Shown one piece after another: positions 52,264 through 64,000 of a stretch of 64,000 nt of DNA. The translations under genes were made by a program, and so were the position numbers. Numbering within the stretch: position 1 is the stretch's first letter; each line of letters starts with the position of its first letter. The notes beneath the pieces are model-generated. The model was not told the origin of the DNA. It ran no database searches and was given only the letters and a program-made list of their open reading frames with translations. Source of the DNA: Camelus dromedarius. Lineage: Eukaryota. The stretch lies in contig NC_087469.1 in assembly GCF_036321535.1 (NCBI RefSeq), forward strand, positions 9,672,001 through 9,736,000. The letters run 5' to 3'.

Positions 52264-55200
52264 GTCTACTCTTTTGAGTATGCGCCAGGAGTCAGGGTTG
52301 GGTTGACTCTTTTTAGGCCAAAGATAGCCCCTCCTGTCTCAAAACCAGCTGTGAATGTCCTTTCTACTCAAAGGCCGCTCTAATTAACAACACAAAACCA
52401 TATATGTATAAAATATTTTATATATATATAAAGTAATCCCAATAATTACCTGATAATAGTATTCCACCAAATTTCCAGTACTTATCCCACTAGTATTGTT
52501 TTTCTGTGAATTTGTGGATGTGCATGAGTGCGCAAATGTGCCTCTTTGACTGGAAATTCCCTAAAGGCAAGTGTTTTCTGTTGCACAGGGTGTCCCCATG
52601 GTGCTAAGGACACACAGATATCTGTATACAAGGCATCATCACACATAATGAGTCTGGATCTGAAAGAGGTACAGAGGGCAATAGGAGAGCATGGAGGGAG
52701 CAATTAGTTGTGACCAGGGGAAGAGAAGTCCTTGAGGAAGAGTAGTATCTCCAAAGATTTCAGTAGGTGGCAAGGATGGAAGGGCCTTCTGAACAGGGAA
52801 AGTAAGACTCCAGGAGCAGGTGTAAAGAAGGAGCTTGTGGGAGCCCCAGCAGAGGCACATTCAGTTATCTTATGGATCAGGAGCGGGCTGAAAACTCCCT
52901 GGAGGTCTGAGGAACAGTCTGTATCTATTTCCTGTTTTATTAGGAAGCCAATCCTAATAAATCTTCCTTCTCTGCCTGGCATTGAGAACCTTTGTCTCTT
53001 TCTTCTCCAGAGTTCATTAACCCTCCCCAACAATCCCTGGTGGATGAGGGTGGGGGACTTGATCAAAAACAAGACACTGGGGATTCATCGTCCACACATA
53101 CGTTACTATCAACATGGTTACTTGGATACTTGTTGTGTAATCTGAATATTTTTGTTCCCATTGTAGTAAATGCACAGTTGATTCCCAGACTCACCAGGAG
53201 AAACAAACAAACACATGACCTGGCCACACTTGAAATTTTGTGCCTGTCCTAGTATAAGTTCAAAGCATTTGCCTGAAGGCTGGAGCTGGTCCTAGGGCTT
53301 ACAGATCAGGTGAGATGTCAATGGCTTCAGCTGGTTTCTTGGGCTGAGCAATGTTTGAGATGTGAATCCCCTACTAGGGAGCCCTGGGTGCCTCCCAGTG
53401 GGCAAGGCCAATGCTCTGTTAAGTCTGATTGCCTGACAAAGCCTGTCCCATAAATGTTTCACATTGCCTAAAAAGTCCATGAGACAACTTTGGAGAGTCT
53501 GCAGCTGTGACACTTGCAGGACCATATCTGTGGCTCTTTCCAGGCAGCTGAATTACTCTTTTTCCATTTCTTCCTGCTTCTCTCCTATCATTGTTAGCTG
53601 AAAGGAAGCCCCAAGATCTCTGGTCCCATTGGGATGACGTGAATGAGTTTGCAAAAGATAGAGATGTAGAATATATTCTATACAATATAGAAATTCTGTG
53701 TTGTAAATTGTAATATTTTCTGTTAGACTTCTTAAAATTACAAAGAATTTGCTAATCCCTACTATGTGCATGGAAAACTCTGCAGTACTGTGGGGACACA
53801 AAGTGATATAAATGCATTTGTTTCTCCCAAGGAGTCTTCATCATATTAAAGCACCTTGATTGAATACTTGGGAAGAGAGATGCATAAGACAGGGTCCCCA
53901 CTTTCAAGCAGTTTTCTGGTGAGTGGGAAAACAGACATACAAACAACCAGCTAGACTACAAGGGAGAATGAAATAAGTGCTAGAGGTCTAAGTAACAAGC
54001 CGATGGAAGACTGGGAGGACTAACTAAGGAAACTCACATAAGACTGAAATTGTGAAGCAGTATCTGGCAGCAAAGGACCAAGTGCTCAGTGGAGGAGTTG
54101 AAATAAACCCAAGAACTCGGAGAACTGAGATGAATACCGAAGAAGGGTTCTTGGGGGAAGAGGGTCTTCATTGTGAAATCGCCTGGACAACTTCCCACAT
54201 AACCTGCTCCCGAGCCCTAGCTGGTCTGCCCACTGACAGCTTCCTTCTGCATCCCTGAGTTCTCTCCTCCCTTCATTTCATGCCCTCTCCCCTCAAGATT
54301 AAAAATCCACACTCTTGGAATCCTCTGTTGTTTTGGAGTCCAGTGATGATGCATGGAGAGAGAGGAGAGAGGGGAAGAGGAGCATGTTGTTGGCATAGGG
54401 CCCAAAACAAGGTCACCCCATCACCCCCATCCCTTACAGGGAAATCTGGGAGTGCCCCAGGCTTTCCCACCACCTCCTCTGGCTCAGGTACCCTGTTGTT
54501 GACCTGCCAGGTTCTGCCTAGCTCCACAACCCCACACTTCAGAAGACATTGTTTACTCCCATGAACTAATTGCTCAGACTAATGACTGGATATGGGAGAG
54601 AGAGAGTTAACACCTTCCTGTTTACCTCTTTAAGGAAGACCTTGCCATATGTATACGGAAAAGAAGGGCATCTTGGGGAATGGGGATTCCTTTGAATCCT
54701 TTTGTAGGATTTTCCTTCCCCTGCCTCCAGAAAGCAATGACAAGCCTCTGTCTACAGGGATGGAATCCATGCCCTTAAATCTAGGGAAAGGAATGAATCC
54801 AGAGGCCAGAGTGTACCTATAACATCATTTTTTGGGTGTTTGCTGAGATAGCACATATTTGAATGGTGGGGTCTTCTGGCTGAATCTATTGATAGTCCAC
54901 TGTTACATTGCCAGCTCCCTCCTCATTACCACCCCCTCTACACGTGCTCCATAGGCAGGAGCTGTTACTATGGAAATAAATTATTTTAAAAAACAGAAGC
55001 AGCCTCAGGCTTGGGAAATATCTCCAGAACAAACCCACAGGAGCAAGGAGGTTAACAGGGTGTCCCTGGGTCCTGGTTCCAGGGGATGGGGGTGGAGGGG
55101 GGGGTTCAAAAGTCCATGTTCTATTCTCCACCTCTACCAGGTTCAGGTTCTGCTTTCTCTCTGGTCGGTATCAGCTGGACCTCTGCCAGGCACTCCTATG

Positions 55201-55479
55201 TAGGAGGGATGCTCTGCACCCACTTACCCCGGGTCTAGCTTCTGCCAGGACATGGGAACCAAGAAGCTGATGAGCCTGGGAATGTTAGGAGAAGGGGTCG
55301 ATGCTATCACCTCCTTAACCCCACAGGCATCCAAACTATAGAAAGCTAAGCAGCGTAGGGGAAAGCAGAGGCGGCTTCTCAGGTGAGTGAAGTTACTCCT
55401 GCCTACTCTTGCCTTGAGCTTGGGGGAGCGGGAGTACCCCCGGTTCCAGGATGGGGCGGGGTAGTTAAAGATCCCGCCT

Positions 55480-55884
55480 ATTTTCCACCCGGGAGCCTCT
55501 TCCCTTTTCTACTGGTCCTCCCATCCTCTTCCCAGCGCTGGAGCGCCGGGCTAGCTAAGCCCCGCCCCGCGCGGGTGCGGCTCCTTTAAGGGAGGGTGGG
55601 GGCGGGGGGCCGGCCGTGTTGTCAGTGTCAGCTCTGCGCAAGCAGCCCTCCCGGAGCCGGTGCCGGCCCGCGAGCCCCAGCGTTTCTGCAGACAAGTCCC
55701 CACCCGGGTCCCACGGAGCCCGCGCCGTGGGAGGAGTCGGGGGCTGGCCGGCGACTATCCCTGGTGGGACTGCCGGACCAACTGAGGGCCCTAGACCACG
55801 GAGACAGGGACCCCGGCGTCGCGACCCCCCAGGAACCTTCTCTCCTCGATCTGTGGCACCCTCTAGTACCGGGCACCCAGCCCC
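55480..55884 (+). promoter_or_regulatory. C2CD2L CpG-island promoter / 5'UTR
   Basis: GC boxes (ccccgccccgc about 55560), CTTTAAG 55584-55590, high CpG continuing into exon 1. Confidence 0.7.
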
Positions 55885-56013
55885 NNNNNNNNNNNNNNNN
55901 NNNNNNNNNNNNNNNNNNNNNNNNNNNNNNNNNNNNNNNNNNNNNNNNNNNNNNNNNNNNNNNNNNNNNNNNNNNNNNNNNNNNNNNNNNNNNNNNNNNN
56001 NNNNNNNNNNNNN

Positions 56014-63810
<7,797 letters not shown>

Positions 63811-64000
63811 GGGCTCTGCTCACCTCCTGAGCTAGGAGAGGGCAGGAGTCCTCTCAGCCCATTCCCCACACCCTCTTCCTTTCCCCTTCCTGGATTCCCA
63901 AAGGCCTGGGCCAGGGAAGCCCTCTGGGTTCCAGGCAGCCCTGTCCACCCTGGGCTGTGGGGCCAGTTGGAAAGGTATTTGCAACGGGAAGCATGGGAGA

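Overview
Mammalian genomic DNA, probably camelid (inferred from tRNA-derived SINEs matching my recollection of the vic-1 family). The window is syntenic with human 11q23.3 and carries seven genes: SLC37A4(-), HYOU1(-), VPS11(+), HMBS(+), H2AX(-), DPAGT1(-) and C2CD2L(+). I traced the exons by hand from splice sites and reading frame. Products are SLC37A4 429 aa (plus an intact 66-nt alternative exon), HYOU1 995 aa, VPS11 941 aa and HMBS 361 aa. H2AX, DPAGT1 and C2CD2L are partly hidden by N gaps but fit 143, 408 and 706 aa. I found no new multi-gene system, RNA gene or CRISPR array. The best leads are: a shifted HYOU1 start codon; an isoform-specific overlapping uORF and CpG gain in SLC37A4; dense enhancer-like motif clusters (GATA/KLF/E-box in HMBS intron 1, E-box/MARE in C2CD2L intron 1, HNF4 in SLC37A4 intron 3); two U12 introns and a GC-AG intron; a four-ATG uORF upstream of DPAGT1; and SINE copies with unusual structure. 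Cross-species comparisons are from memory, not database searches.
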